This document shows positions 7,607 to 17,989 of a DNA stretch of 23,814 nt, one piece after another. How positions within the stretch are numbered: the stretch's first letter is position 1; every line of letters starts with the position of its first letter. A model generated the notes under the pieces. The model made no database searches. It saw only the letters and a program-made list of their open reading frames with translations, and was not told the DNA's origin. The position numbers and the translations under genes were made by a program. Source of the stretch: a virus (Duplodnaviria > Heunggongvirae > Uroviricota > Caudoviricetes); the IMG/VR virus record IMGVR_UViG_2563366942_000005, positions 1-23,814 of that record; one strand, written 5' to 3'.

Positions 7607-9940
7607 ATGAAAATGAACGTAACCGCCACCGTCAGCCATGCGCTCGGCCACTGGCCGCGTATTCTCCCGGCGCTGGGGATTCAGGTGCTGAAAAACCGTC
7701 ATCAGCCCTGTCCGGTCTGTGGCGGGAGTGACCGCTTCCGTTTTGATGACAGGGAGGGGCGCGGCACCTGGTACTGCAATCAGTGTGGTGCCGGTGACGG
7801 CCTGAAACTGGTTGAAAAGGTGTTTGGTGTCTCCCCGTCCGACGCGGCCACAAAGGTGGCTGCCGTGACCGGCAGCCTGCCACCGGCTGACCCGGCAGTG
7901 ACGACCGCCGCCGTTGCTGAAACAGACGCTGCCCGGAAGAACGCCGCCACACTGGCACAAACCCTGATGGCGAAAACCCGTACCGGAACCGGTAACGCCT
8001 ACCTGACCCGCAAGGGCTTTCCCGGCCGGGAATGCCTGATGCTGACCGGCACACACAGAGCCAGTGGCGTGAGCTGGCGCGCCGGTGACCTTGTGGTGCC
8101 ACTGTATGACGACAGCGGCGAACTGGTTAACCTTCAGTTAATCAGTGCTGACGGCCGTAAGCGCACCCTGAAAGGCGGACAGGTCAGGGGCACCTGTCAC
8201 ACCCTTGAAGGACAGAATCAGGCCGGAAAACGTCTGTGGATAGCGGAGGGATACGCGACCGCACTTACCGTGCATCACCTGACCGGTGAAACGGTGATGG
8301 TGGCGCTTTCTTCCGTGAACCTCCTTTCTCTGGCCAGCCTTGCCCGGCAGAAGCATCCGGCCTGTCAGATTGTCCTTGCCGCAGACCGTGACCTCAGCGG
8401 TGACGGCCAGAAAAAAGCCGCCGCAGCCGCAGATGCGTGTGAGGGTGTTGTTGCCCTGCCGCCGGTCTTCGGTGACTGGAATGATGCCTTCACGCAGTAC
8501 GGCGGGGAAGCCACCCGTAAGGCCATTTATGATGCCATCCGGCCACCGGCTGAAAGCCCGTTCGACACCATGAGCGAAGCGGAGTTTTCCGCCATGAGTA
8601 CCAGCGAAAAGGCCATGCGTATCTATGAGCATTACGGCGAGGCGCTCGCGGTCGATGCCAACGGCCAGCTTCTGTCCCGCTATGAAAATGGTGTCTGGAA
8701 GGTGCTGCCGCCACAGGACTTTGCCCGGGATGTGGCCGGGCTGTTTCAGCGTCTGCGCGCGCCGTTCTCCTCCGGGAAGGTGGCCTCCGTGGTGGACACC
8801 CTGAAGCTGATTATTCCGCAGCAGGAAGCCCCCTCCCGCCGCCTGATTGGCTTTCGTAACGGCGTGCTCGACACGCAGAACGGTACGTTCCACCCGCACA
8901 GTCCGTCACACTGGATGCGCACCCTGTGCGATGTGGATTTCACCCCGCCGGTGGACGGTGAAACGCTGGAAACCCACGCTCCCGCGTTCTGGCGCTGGCT
9001 TGACCGTGCTGCCGGTGGTCGTGCGGAAAAACGCGACGTGATTCTGGCCGCACTGTTTATGGTGCTGGCAAACCGCTACGACTGGCAGCTCTTTCTGGAG
9101 GTGACCGGTCCCGGCGGCAGCGGCAAAAGTATCATGGCCGAAATAGCCACCCTGCTGGCCGGGGAGGATAACGCCACATCGGCCACCATTGAGACGCTGG
9201 AATCCCCGCGTGAACGTGCCGCGTTAACTGGCTTCTCACTGATACGCCTGCCGGACCAGGAAAAATGGAGCGGCGACGGTGCCGGACTCAAGGCCATCAC
9301 CGGCGGCGATGCGGTGTCCGTTGACCCGAAATACCGGGATGCATACTCCACGCATATCCCGGCGGTAATTCTGGCCGTGAACAATAACCCGATGCGCTTC
9401 ACCGACCGCAGCGGCGGCGTGTCACGCCGGCGGGTGATTATTCACTTCCCGGAACAGATAGCCCCGCAGGAGCGCGACCCGCAGCTTAAGGACAAAATCA
9501 CCCGCGAGCTGGCGGTCATCGTGCGTCACCTGATGCAGAAGTTCAGCGACCCGATGCTCGCCCGGTCACTGCTTCAGTCCCAGCAGAACTCAGACGAGGC
9601 GCTGAACATCAAACGGGATGCCGACCCAACGTTTGATTTTATCGGCTATCTGGAAACCCTGCCGCAGACCAGCGGCATGTATATGGGGAACGCCAGTATC
9701 ATCCCGCGCAATTACCGTAAATACCTCTATCACGCCTATCTGGCCTACATGGAGGCAAACGGCTACCGGAATGTACTCAGTCTGAAAATGTTCGGGCTGG
9801 GGCTGCCGGTGATGCTGAAGGAATACGGACTGAATTACGAGAAGCGCCATACCAAACAGGGGATACAGACCAACCTGACGCTGAAAGAGGAAAGCTACGG
9901 CGACTGGCTGCCAAAATGTGACGACCCTGCAACAACCTGA
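7607..9940 (+). CDS. alpha: Alpha protein: bifunctional primase-helicase with origin-binding domain
   Basis: 777 aa, the same length as P4 alpha. It has an N-terminal zinc-binding primase motif (CPVCGGSDRF...CNQCGAGDG), a Walker A motif in the central helicase domain (GPGGSGKS) and a C-terminal DNA-binding region. Confidence 0.95.
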   Translation: MKMNVTATVSHALGHWPRILPALGIQVLKNRHQPCPVCGGSDRFRFDDREGRGTWYCNQCGAGDGLKLVEKVFGVSPSDAATKVAAVTGSLPPADPAVTTAAVAETDAARKNAATLAQTLMAKTRTGTGNAYLTRKGFPGRECLMLTGTHRASGVSWRAGDLVVPLYDDSGELVNLQLISADGRKRTLKGGQVRGTCHTLEGQNQAGKRLWIAEGYATALTVHHLTGETVMVALSSVNLLSLASLARQKHPACQIVLAADRDLSGDGQKKAAAAADACEGVVALPPVFGDWNDAFTQYGGEATRKAIYDAIRPPAESPFDTMSEAEFSAMSTSEKAMRIYEHYGEALAVDANGQLLSRYENGVWKVLPPQDFARDVAGLFQRLRAPFSSGKVASVVDTLKLIIPQQEAPSRRLIGFRNGVLDTQNGTFHPHSPSHWMRTLCDVDFTPPVDGETLETHAPAFWRWLDRAAGGRAEKRDVILAALFMVLANRYDWQLFLEVTGPGGSGKSIMAEIATLLAGEDNATSATIETLESPRERAALTGFSLIRLPDQEKWSGDGAGLKAITGGDAVSVDPKYRDAYSTHIPAVILAVNNNPMRFTDRSGGVSRRRVIIHFPEQIAPQERDPQLKDKITRELAVIVRHLMQKFSDPMLARSLLQSQQNSDEALNIKRDADPTFDFIGYLETLPQTSGMYMGNASIIPRNYRKYLYHAYLAYMEANGYRNVLSLKMFGLGLPVMLKEYGLNYEKRHTKQGIQTNLTLKEESYGDWLPKCDDPATT

Positions 9941-9956
9941 CCCTCATAACTCATCT

Positions 9957-9980
9957 GACCGGCATCTGCCGGTCTTTTTT
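9957..9980 (+). terminator. Putative intrinsic terminator downstream of alpha
   Basis: GC-rich hairpin GACCGGCATCTGCCGGTC followed by TTTTTT, 17 nt after the alpha stop codon. Confidence 0.6.
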
Positions 9981-9998
9981 CATCCCTGAATCCCCCGA

Positions 9999-10275
9999 AG
10001 GTGAACAATCCACTGTTCACCCTTCACCGTATATTCACCAGTTATCACACTGAAATTAAAAGAGAAAAACGAAAGGTGAACAGTGTGAACAATCAAATCA
10101 AAAAAAACTTTTTTCTTCCTGAGTGATTTCAGTGCGGAGGATTAATCACCGGTATGAGTCACACCGGCAGAATGCCGGAGGTGAAGAATCGAATGTTCAC
10201 CCTTCACCCATTATTCACCACCTATCACTCTGAAATAAAAGGAGAAAACAGAAAGGTGAACAGTGTGAACAGTTC
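9999..10275. repeat. Tandem direct repeat (two imperfect units of about 100 bp, period about 180 bp), each carrying TGTTCACC/GGTGAACA iterons plus an A-tract/T-tract; crr-like cis replication region
   Basis: Unit 1 (about 9999-10100) and unit 2 (about 10179-10280) align along their length. Full octamers lie at 10000-10007, 10014-10021, 10075-10082, 10194-10201 and 10255-10262, with degenerate copies between. Each unit ends in an A8/T6-type tract. Confidence 0.7.
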
Positions 10276-10484
10276 TTTCGAAAAAAAATTTTTTATGTGG
10301 ATAAAAGATGCACTGGTTTGGATCCGAGCTACGGATCCAAACTTACTGATTAAAAATGATTTAACTTTCCGATTTATTGATGGGCTGAAAATAGATTGGT
10401 CAGAAAAACAGTGGGGGCACAAAAGGGGGCATATTTCATTGTTGTGTTTTATTATTTGTTTTTTATCATTAACTTATTTTGATG

Positions 10485-10506
10485 TTTGAGTCCGGCCTTC
10501 GCACCA
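10485..10506 (+). other. attR: partial direct repeat of a tRNA-Leu 3' end (integration-site core)
   Basis: TTTGAGTCCGGCCTTCGCACCA closely resembles the 3' end of E. coli leuX tRNA (TTCGAGTCCGGCCTTCGGCACCA, from memory), with no tRNA body upstream. The position just past alpha/crr is where attR is expected. Confidence 0.6.
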
Positions 10507-10895
10507 CATCGTATGCAAATCGAGTCGCTCAAGGGCGGCTTTTTTTGTGCCTGTGTTTTCACTACTTTGTTTGTATGTAACGCTGATAATCTAAGAACTT
10601 CGGAAGCCCCATTCCCATCAATGATGTTCATTCATCATCCTGAAAATTAAGTAGATATAAAACTTCATTGCCTTGGTCTAATGGCTCAGGAAATAGATTG
10701 CATTTAGCGAGTGGCATTCTTAATGTGCCATTGTTTAGCCATGAAACGATGCGTAAAATTGCTGATTTTATGTGTCAAAGGCCCGCAACCGGAGATGTCC
10801 TTACTTCAAGGATCAACCACTATTGGCGTATCCTTTTACTATCTTGATTCAATTCAGCAGGTTATCGTCAAAAGTACAGCGAAGAGAGAGAAAAG

Positions 10896-13787
10896 ATGAT
10901 TGGTACAACACCTTATCATGCGAAATATTTTGCGCATGAACTTTCCATTCTCCATTCAAACAATGGGGTGGACCGTCTGTCTCAATCGCTGTTTGATGCA
11001 AGCGTAGATCTAAATCCTCATCAAATTGAGGCGGCTCTTTTTGCTATTGAAAATCCGCTAAGCAAAGGTGTTGTGCTTGCCGATGAAGTTGGTTTAGGTA
11101 AAACCATTGAAGCGGGGTTAGTGCTTTGCCAGTTGTGGGCTGAAAGAAAACGTAAACTGTTGATCATTTGTCCTGCTTCACTGCGTCGCCAATGGGCGAG
11201 CGAGTTACAGGAAAAGTTCAATCTACCTTCTCAGGTGTTGGACGCGAAAACGTATAGCCAGCTTCAAAAAGAAGGGATCCATAATCCCTTAAATAATAAA
11301 TCGATCACTATCATGTCATACCACTATGCTGCTCGGTTAGAAGAAAAATTGGTGGCTGAAATGTGGGATCTGGTTGTTATCGACGAAGCCCATAAACTGC
11401 GTAATGCTCATCGAGAAAGTAACAAAATGGGGCAAGCGTTAAAGCGTGCGCTTGATGGGCGGAAAAAATTACTACTGACCGCAACGCCTTTACAGAATTC
11501 GTTAATGGAACTGTATGGCATGTCGACGCTTATAGATGAACATACCTTCGGCGAAGTTAAAGCGTTCAGAAAGCAATATATGCAGGCAGATAGCGATATT
11601 GCGGAGTTGAAGGGGCGATTGTCGCGTTTTATCAAACGAACTTTACGCAAGAATGTGCTGGAGTACATCAAGTATACAGAACGTAAAGCGATCACTATTC
11701 CTTTCTATCCGAGCGAACAGGAGCAGGATCTTTATGAACGCGTACAAAAATTGCTTGAACGTGAGGATAGCTATGCCTTACCAAAACGACACCGGCATCT
11801 GACGGGGCTTATTCTCAGAAAGCTACTTTCCTCAAGTACGAAAGCTGTATTGAATAACTTGCAGATCCTTAAGAGTCGTTTAGAAAGGTTAAAGCTGGAA
11901 GGTATCGTTGAAGATGATATGAACATCATCCAACAGATCATAATGGATGACGATCTTGAAGATGACATCGTGGAAGATGCCGAATCAGTGGCTTTAGATA
12001 CCGAGTGCAAAGTTGTCGATTCAGACGCGCTTCAGGCAGAAATCAATGAGCTGGAATCACTCATTGTCAAAGCAGAACAGATTGGCACTGATACCAAATC
12101 AAAAGAGTTGCTTTCTGGCCTGGAGCAAGGTTTTGCACAGCTTGCCGAAATGGGGGCTGCAAAAAAAGTCATCATCTTCACGGAGTCAATGCGAACTCAA
12201 CAGTATCTTGCACATTTTCTGGAAAACAATGGCTACCAGGGGAAAGTAGTAACCTTTAGTGGCACAAACAATACACCGCAGGCAAACAAGATCTACCAGC
12301 AATGGCGCGAGGAATATCAGGGATCTTCTCGTATTACCGGGTCGGCGCAAATTGATAAACGCTCGGCTTTGATCGACCACTTCAAAGATCATGCTGAAAT
12401 CATGATAGCTACAGAAGCTGCAGCTGAAGGGGTGAACCTGCAATTTTGTTCGCTACTGATCAATTACGATTTACCCTGGAACCCACAACGCATTGAACAG
12501 CGTATTGGACGTTGTCACCGATACGGGCAAAAATTTGATGTGGTTGTTATTAACTTCCTCAATCAGCGAAACCAGGCCGATCAACGCGTTCTTGAACTCT
12601 TAACTGAAAAGTTCAGCCTGTTTGATGGCGTGTTTGGCGCATCGGATAGTGTGCTTGGCAGCATAGAAAATGGTGTGGATTTTGAAAAAAGGATCCAGTC
12701 AATTTATGAGTCATGCCGTACCCCCGAGGAGATAGAGCTGGCTTTTGAAAGGTTGCAGAAAGAGCTGGAAGATGAAATCAATCTCAAGATGCAGAAGACG
12801 CAAGAACAGTTGCTTGAGCATTTTGATGAAGATATTCACGATATCCTTAAAATAAGGCTTGATGAAGCTCGGGAGCGTCTGGATAAAGTCGGTCGTTGGT
12901 TTTGGGCCGTGACCTGTCAGCAGCTCAAACAATATGCTGATTTTGATCATGAGCATCATCGTTTCACTTTACGTGAATCAGTAAATGAACTGCCTGTCGG
13001 GCAGTACCAGCTGTTGCGCAAAGATGGTAGGCAAAATAGTGCGTTACAAATGCAGGATCACCACAGTTTTGCATATCGGATCAATCATCCGCTGGGTGAG
13101 TACGTCATTGAGGGGGCTAAGGTCCAGGAGACGAAAACAGCTGAAGTCATCTTCGATTACAGTAACCACACAACGAAAGTCTCGGTGGCTGAGCAGCTGA
13201 AAGGGCAATCAGGGTGGTTAACACTAAATTTGCTTACTGTTGATGCGTTTAACAGGCAGCAATTTTTAGTCTTTACCGCAAAAACTGACAACGGACGTGT
13301 GGTAGATGGTGAAGCTTGTAAACGTCTGTTCAACTTGTCTGCAATAACCAACGAAAAGCTGGATAATTCGGCAAGTTCAGATGCATTACCTGATGACTTG
13401 ATCTTACTCAAGAACAGGCAAATTGACGCCAGACTTGCGGAAGTTCTGGAGCAGAACAATGTCCTTTTTGAAGCTGAAAGAGATAAGCTGGAAAAATGGG
13501 CTGAAGATATGATCTTTGCGGCGGAAGAAGCATTACGCGATACCAAAATGCAAATCAAGTCGTTAAAGCGAGAAGCCAGACTGGCGCAATCGATGGAAGA
13601 ACAAAAGCAAAACCAGGAAAAGCTGAAGCTACTGGAACGGCAGCAGAAACGCCAACGTATGGAAATTTTTGACATTGAAGATGAGATCGCTGACAAGCGG
13701 GATGAACTCATCAGTGCCCTTGAAGAGCGGATGAAGCAAAAAACGGATATCACCGAGCTTTTTTCCATCCGCTGGAAAGTTATTTAA
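10896..13787 (+). CDS. SNF2-family (SWI2/SNF2) helicase/ATPase with about 400-aa coiled-coil-rich C-terminal extension; DrmD-like
   Basis: 963 aa with helicase motifs I (LADEVGLGKT), II (VVIDEAHKLRN), III (LLTATPLQNS) and VI (QRIGRCHRYGQ). It is the first gene of an AT-rich three-gene operon, with AGAGAGAAAAG upstream of the ATG. Confidence 0.9.
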   Translation: MIGTTPYHAKYFAHELSILHSNNGVDRLSQSLFDASVDLNPHQIEAALFAIENPLSKGVVLADEVGLGKTIEAGLVLCQLWAERKRKLLIICPASLRRQWASELQEKFNLPSQVLDAKTYSQLQKEGIHNPLNNKSITIMSYHYAARLEEKLVAEMWDLVVIDEAHKLRNAHRESNKMGQALKRALDGRKKLLLTATPLQNSLMELYGMSTLIDEHTFGEVKAFRKQYMQADSDIAELKGRLSRFIKRTLRKNVLEYIKYTERKAITIPFYPSEQEQDLYERVQKLLEREDSYALPKRHRHLTGLILRKLLSSSTKAVLNNLQILKSRLERLKLEGIVEDDMNIIQQIIMDDDLEDDIVEDAESVALDTECKVVDSDALQAEINELESLIVKAEQIGTDTKSKELLSGLEQGFAQLAEMGAAKKVIIFTESMRTQQYLAHFLENNGYQGKVVTFSGTNNTPQANKIYQQWREEYQGSSRITGSAQIDKRSALIDHFKDHAEIMIATEAAAEGVNLQFCSLLINYDLPWNPQRIEQRIGRCHRYGQKFDVVVINFLNQRNQADQRVLELLTEKFSLFDGVFGASDSVLGSIENGVDFEKRIQSIYESCRTPEEIELAFERLQKELEDEINLKMQKTQEQLLEHFDEDIHDILKIRLDEARERLDKVGRWFWAVTCQQLKQYADFDHEHHRFTLRESVNELPVGQYQLLRKDGRQNSALQMQDHHSFAYRINHPLGEYVIEGAKVQETKTAEVIFDYSNHTTKVSVAEQLKGQSGWLTLNLLTVDAFNRQQFLVFTAKTDNGRVVDGEACKRLFNLSAITNEKLDNSASSDALPDDLILLKNRQIDARLAEVLEQNNVLFEAERDKLEKWAEDMIFAAEEALRDTKMQIKSLKREARLAQSMEEQKQNQEKLKLLERQQKRQRMEIFDIEDEIADKRDELISALEERMKQKTDITELFSIRWKVI

Positions 13788-13807
13788 TTGATTTGAAAGA
13801 GAAAATA

Positions 13808-16800
13808 ATGAGTAAGTACAACGAATTAGTTAAGAAGCTAAAAGAAATTTTTCAGATTGATCGACCAGAACTGGATTTCGGTATTTATCGTATTTTAAAT
13901 GCACGTGCTGATGAAATTAACGACTATCTGGATAATAAGCTGAAGGCCAAAATCCAGTCTGCGCTGGCGGATGCAGGAAATGCCAATAAATCAGAATTAG
14001 AACATCAGTTGCAACTGACAATAAAAGCGGCAACTGATGCGGGTGTGGACCCTGCTGATAGCCCGAAAGTACAGGAGCTTAAAAAGCAACTGGCGGCTAT
14101 GGCATCCGGAGCAAATGAGCATGAAAATGCAGTATTTTCCCATCTGCTGACTTTCTTTTCGCGTTATTATGACAACGGCGATTTTATCAGCAAACGCCGT
14201 TATAAAGGTAATACCTACGCCATCCCTTATTCTGGCGAAGAAGTGATGTTGCACTGGGCAAATAAGGACCAGTACTACATTAAAAGCGGTGAAAACTTTG
14301 CTAATTATTCATTTAAATTAGATGATGGTCGTAAAGTTAGCTTTAAATTGCTCGCAGCGGACACAGCAAAAGATAACCGTAAAGATAATGAATTAGATCG
14401 CTGCTTTGTACTTATTGAGCCGCATGTTCGTACCAAAATTGATGAAGAAGGCGATGAGTACGAACAAGAATATAAGCCAGTAGAAGTGGTGAAAACTTCA
14501 TCTGTGGTTGACGGTAAACTCGTTGAAACAGAAGAGTTAGTTATTCACTTCGAATATAAGGCCATGAAAAAGGGCACTAAGCAGGATGCTTTAGTGCAGT
14601 CCGCTATTTCAACAATTCTGGCTGATAAAACAGTTCAACAGCATTGGGTTGATCTTGCTAAACGTGCGCCAACAGAAAAAAATCCGTCACGTACAGAGTT
14701 GGAGCGTCATCTTACAACTTATACCCAGCGTAATACAGCAGACTACTTTATTCATAAAGATCTCGGTGGTTTTTTAACTAACGAACTGGATTTTTATATT
14801 AAAAATGAAGTAATGAATCTCGATAATGTGCAAAATGCAGAAGTGTTTGCCAATATTGAGAAACAATTGCGCATGATTCAATGTTTGCGTACTGTTGCGC
14901 TGGAACTCATTGCATTTTTGGCACAAATTGAGAATTTCCAGAAGAAACTTTGGACTAAGAAGAAGTTTGTTGTTTCAAGTAATTACTATATTACTATGGA
15001 CAAAATAAGTTCAGAGTTTTACAGTGAAATAATTAATAATGAAAAAATAGTCCAAGAATGGATTGAATTAGGCATCTTAGATGAGAAGCCATCTACCTCT
15101 GATGTGGAGTTGCTCAAGTTTGCAACAGTTAATTTATCTCATTTAAACGGAGATCTAAGGAAAAAAATATTAAATAGTATCAATGATATTGACGATAATG
15201 TTGATGGCGTTTTTATTAATGGTGATAATTATCAAGCGTTAAATCTTTTGAAGAAAAATATAATTCCGTAATTGATTGTGTCCATATAGATCCACCATAT
15301 AACACAGATACTAGTGGTTTTTTATATAAAAATAGCTTTAAGCATTCAAGTTGGCTGAGTATGATGGATAGCCGTTTGCTTTTTGTTAAAAATTTACTCA
15401 GTGAAAATGGTGTATTTTTTTGTCATATTGATGAAAATGAATATGAGCGACTTTATTTAATTAATAAACAGTTAGGTCTTATCGATGCAGGGACAATTAT
15501 TTGGGATAAACGCAATCCCATGAATGGTGGTAGTGGCATTGCGATTCAACATGAATATACTACTTGTTTTACAAAGAACATGATTTCTATTAATAAGAAA
15601 AATGAGAATGTATTAGAAATACTCGAATATGCAAAATTAATTAAGAATAAATATCCTGTAATTAACAGTGAAGCAAAGAAAAAATTTTATGATTGGGTAA
15701 CAAAGAATAAAAAACTTACTGGAGGTGAACAAGCTTACAAATATATCGATGAGAAAGGTCGAGTGTACCAGAGTGTCAGCCTCCGTGCCCCAGAGCCAAG
15801 GACTGACAAGAAATTCTATATACCATTAATTCATCCAGTTACCGGGAAACCATGCGCTATGCCACCAAATGGTTTTTCTCGTACCCCAGAAACATTAAAA
15901 GATATGATGGATAAGGGGGATATACTATTTGGTGTTGATGAAACAACGCAACCTAGACAGAAAGCATATTTATATGCTGACGCTAAAAAGCAAATAACAT
16001 CAATAATTCAGGATGCTAAAAAAGGAAAAACTCAAACAACTCATCTTGGAATTGATTTTCCTTATTGTCACTCAACTTCTTTATATAATTATTTAATTGG
16101 GAGTGCATCTCATAATAAAAATGAGATAATATTAGATTTTTTTGCTGGTTCAGGAACAAGTGGCCACTCAGTCATAGAGTTGAATCGTAAGGATGCGGGT
16201 TCAAGGAAATATATACTTGTTGAACAGGGGGAGTATGCACAAAATGTAACTTTAAGCAGGTTGAGAAAAGTTATATTCAGTAGCAATTGGAAAGATGGTA
16301 AAGCTATGGATTCAACGACAGGCTCATCTCATATACTTAAAGTTATGAAAATAGAAAGTTACGAAGATGTATTAAATAGCCTTCGATTTGAACAACAAAA
16401 AGAAATAAAAGATCTTTTTGATACAGTGAATGAATCAGTAGCAAATGAGTATTTAATAAAATATATGCTTGAAACAGAAAGCAAAGGTTCACTACTCAGT
16501 ACTGATAATTTCAAAAAACCATTTAACTACGAAATGGATATTGCGACGGATTCCGCCGGTGCCACTGAGCGTAAAAACATCGATTTAGTTGAAACTTTCA
16601 ACTATCTCATTGGTTTACATGTGAAATCCATCGAATCCAATATCGAACGTGGCTATGTGCGTGTTGAAGGAATGCTACCAACAGGCGAGCGTACCCTTAT
16701 TCTGTGGCGCGATTGCGACAAGATCGGTTATGAAGAATTGAATAAATATGCCAGCCGATTCGATTTATATGCAAAAGAAAACACGTTCGACGTTATCTAT

Positions 16801-16929
16801 ATCAATGGCGATCATAACTTACCTACCGCCTTTACCGTTGATGAAGAAGACGGCGAGATTGTTCGTAGCCTGAAAATCCGCCAGATCGAACCTGAATTCT
16901 TGAACCTGATGTTTGCGGAGGAGGTTTAA
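13808..16929 (+). pseudogene. Large beta-class N6-adenine DNA methyltransferase (about 1040 aa if fused), split by a frameshift near 15229-15271
   Basis: The N-terminal ORF (frame 2) ends at 15271 just after ...GDNYQALNLLKKN. Frame 1 is open from 15229 and reads SVIDCVHIDPPYN (motif IV, DPPY) and then DFFAGSGTSGHSVIELN (motif I, FxGxG). The two halves are one methyltransferase with the frame shifted inside an A-rich stretch (GAAGAAAAATATAAT). Start ATG taken at 13808 (MSKYNEL...). Confidence 0.8.
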
Positions 16930-17291
16930 GAATGGCTAAAAAACCAACCACCGGTAAAGCTGTTAAAAAAGAGACAAACAGCAAACTGAGCTTTCATAAG
17001 CAACTGGTTTTGAACCGCTTTATGTTCCATTTTTTTAAAGATGGCACATTGCAAGGTTTAAAGAATCGGTTAGGTGAAGATCGCTTTGAAGGCATCCATG
17101 AAGATGGCCAAAGCTTGTTCTTCCATGAGCTGAGTAACTATTTATTCGAGGTCGATCTTATCGATCTCGATGAACTGCGTCGTTACGATCTCAATATCGT
17201 ACAGCACTGGCAGCAGATAACTGAGCACCGTAATCGGGTGATGCTGCCAACTTACTGATTTAGTGTATGATGGTGTTTTTGAGGTGCTCCA

Positions 17292-17567
17292 GTGGCTTCT
17301 GTTTCTATCAGCTGTCCCTCCTGTTCAGCTACTGACGGGGTGGTGCGTAACGGCAAAAGCACCGCCGGACATCAGCGCTATCTCTGCTCTCACTGCCGTA
17401 AAACATGGCAACTGCAGTTCACTTACACTGCTTCTCAACCCGGTACGCACCAGAAAATCATTGATATGGCCATGAATGGCGTTGGATGCCGGGCAACTGC
17501 CCGCATTATGGGCGTTGGCCTCAACACGATTTTACGTCACTTAAAAAACTCAGGCCGCAGTCGGTAA
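17292..17567 (+). CDS. insA: IS1 InsA (transposition inhibitor / N-terminal part of InsAB' transposase)
   Basis: 91-aa protein [42 protein letters not shown]..., matching IS1 InsA. Confidence 0.95.
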
Positions 17568-17989
17568 CCTCGCGCATACAGCCGGGCAGTGACGTCATCG
17601 TCTGCGCGGAAATGGACGAACAGTGGGGCTATGTCGGGGCTAAATCGCGCCAGCGCTGGCTGTTTTACGCGTATGACAGTCTCCGGAAGACGGTTGTTGC
17701 GCACGTATTCGGTGAACGCACTATGGCGACGCTGGGGCGTCTTATGAGCCTGCTGTCACCCTTTGACGTGGTGATATGGATGACGGATGGCTGGCCGCTG
17801 TATGAATCCCGCCTGAAGGGAAAGCTGCACGTAATCAGCAAGCGATATACGCAGCGAATTGAGCGGCATAACCTGAATCTGAGGCAGCACCTGGCACGGC
17901 TGGGACGGAAGTCGCTGTCGTTCTCAAAATCGGTGGAGCTGCATGACAAAGTCATCGGGCATTATCTGAACATAAAACACTATCAATAA
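17486..17989 (+). CDS. insB: IS1 InsB reading frame (expressed as InsAB' transposase by -1 ribosomal frameshift)
   Basis: 167-aa ORF matching IS1 InsB (...[50 protein letters not shown]...). It overlaps insA in the -1 frame. Confidence 0.9.

Larger units (their letters stand above)
1..10506. mobile_element. Integrated P4-like satellite prophage (int ... cos ... psu-delta-sid ... alpha ... crr ... attR); left boundary (attL/tRNA) lies upstream of the window
   Basis: Gene order and product sizes match phage P4 as I recall it (Psu 190 aa, Delta 166 aa, Sid 244 aa, alpha 777 aa, orf151, orf106). A P2/P4 19-nt cos sequence is present at 2943-2961, TGTTCACC iterons occur in two clusters, and a tRNA-Leu 3'-end-like direct repeat sits at 10485-10506. 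The right boundary is inferred from that repeat. Confidence 0.85.

Noticed and set aside
7565-8899. Long minus-strand ORFs (163, 156 and 253 aa) antisense to alpha
   Set aside because: They lie entirely inside the well-supported 777-aa alpha gene. Their composition is Arg/Gly/Pro-rich, typical of antisense frames in GC-rich coding DNA, and they lack Shine-Dalgarno context.
9999-10275. Possible CRISPR array (repeated GGTGAACA-containing units)
   Set aside because: There are only two imperfect units of about 100 bp, with no short regular repeat-spacer periodicity and no cas genes. The pattern matches phage iterons instead.
10154-10489. 111-aa plus-strand ORF across the second iteron repeat and up to attR
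   Set aside because: It runs through the tandem iteron unit and the palindrome. The sequence is explained by replication and attachment elements, with no ribosome-binding site.
10485-10506. A complete tRNA-Leu gene at the island boundary
   Set aside because: Only the final 22 nt or so resemble a tRNA 3' end. The upstream sequence is AT-rich and cannot form acceptor, D or anticodon stems, so it is an att direct repeat and not a gene.
13157-13768. 203-aa minus-strand ORF, Ser-rich, within the SNF2 gene
   Set aside because: It is antisense to the motif-supported SNF2 helicase C-terminal region, with poly-Ser/Cys low-complexity translation and no start context.
17541-17551. IS1 A6C slippery sequence as a novel frameshift element
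   Set aside because: This is the well-known programmed -1 frameshift site that produces the InsAB' transposase. It is noted in the IS1 feature evidence and is not a finding.
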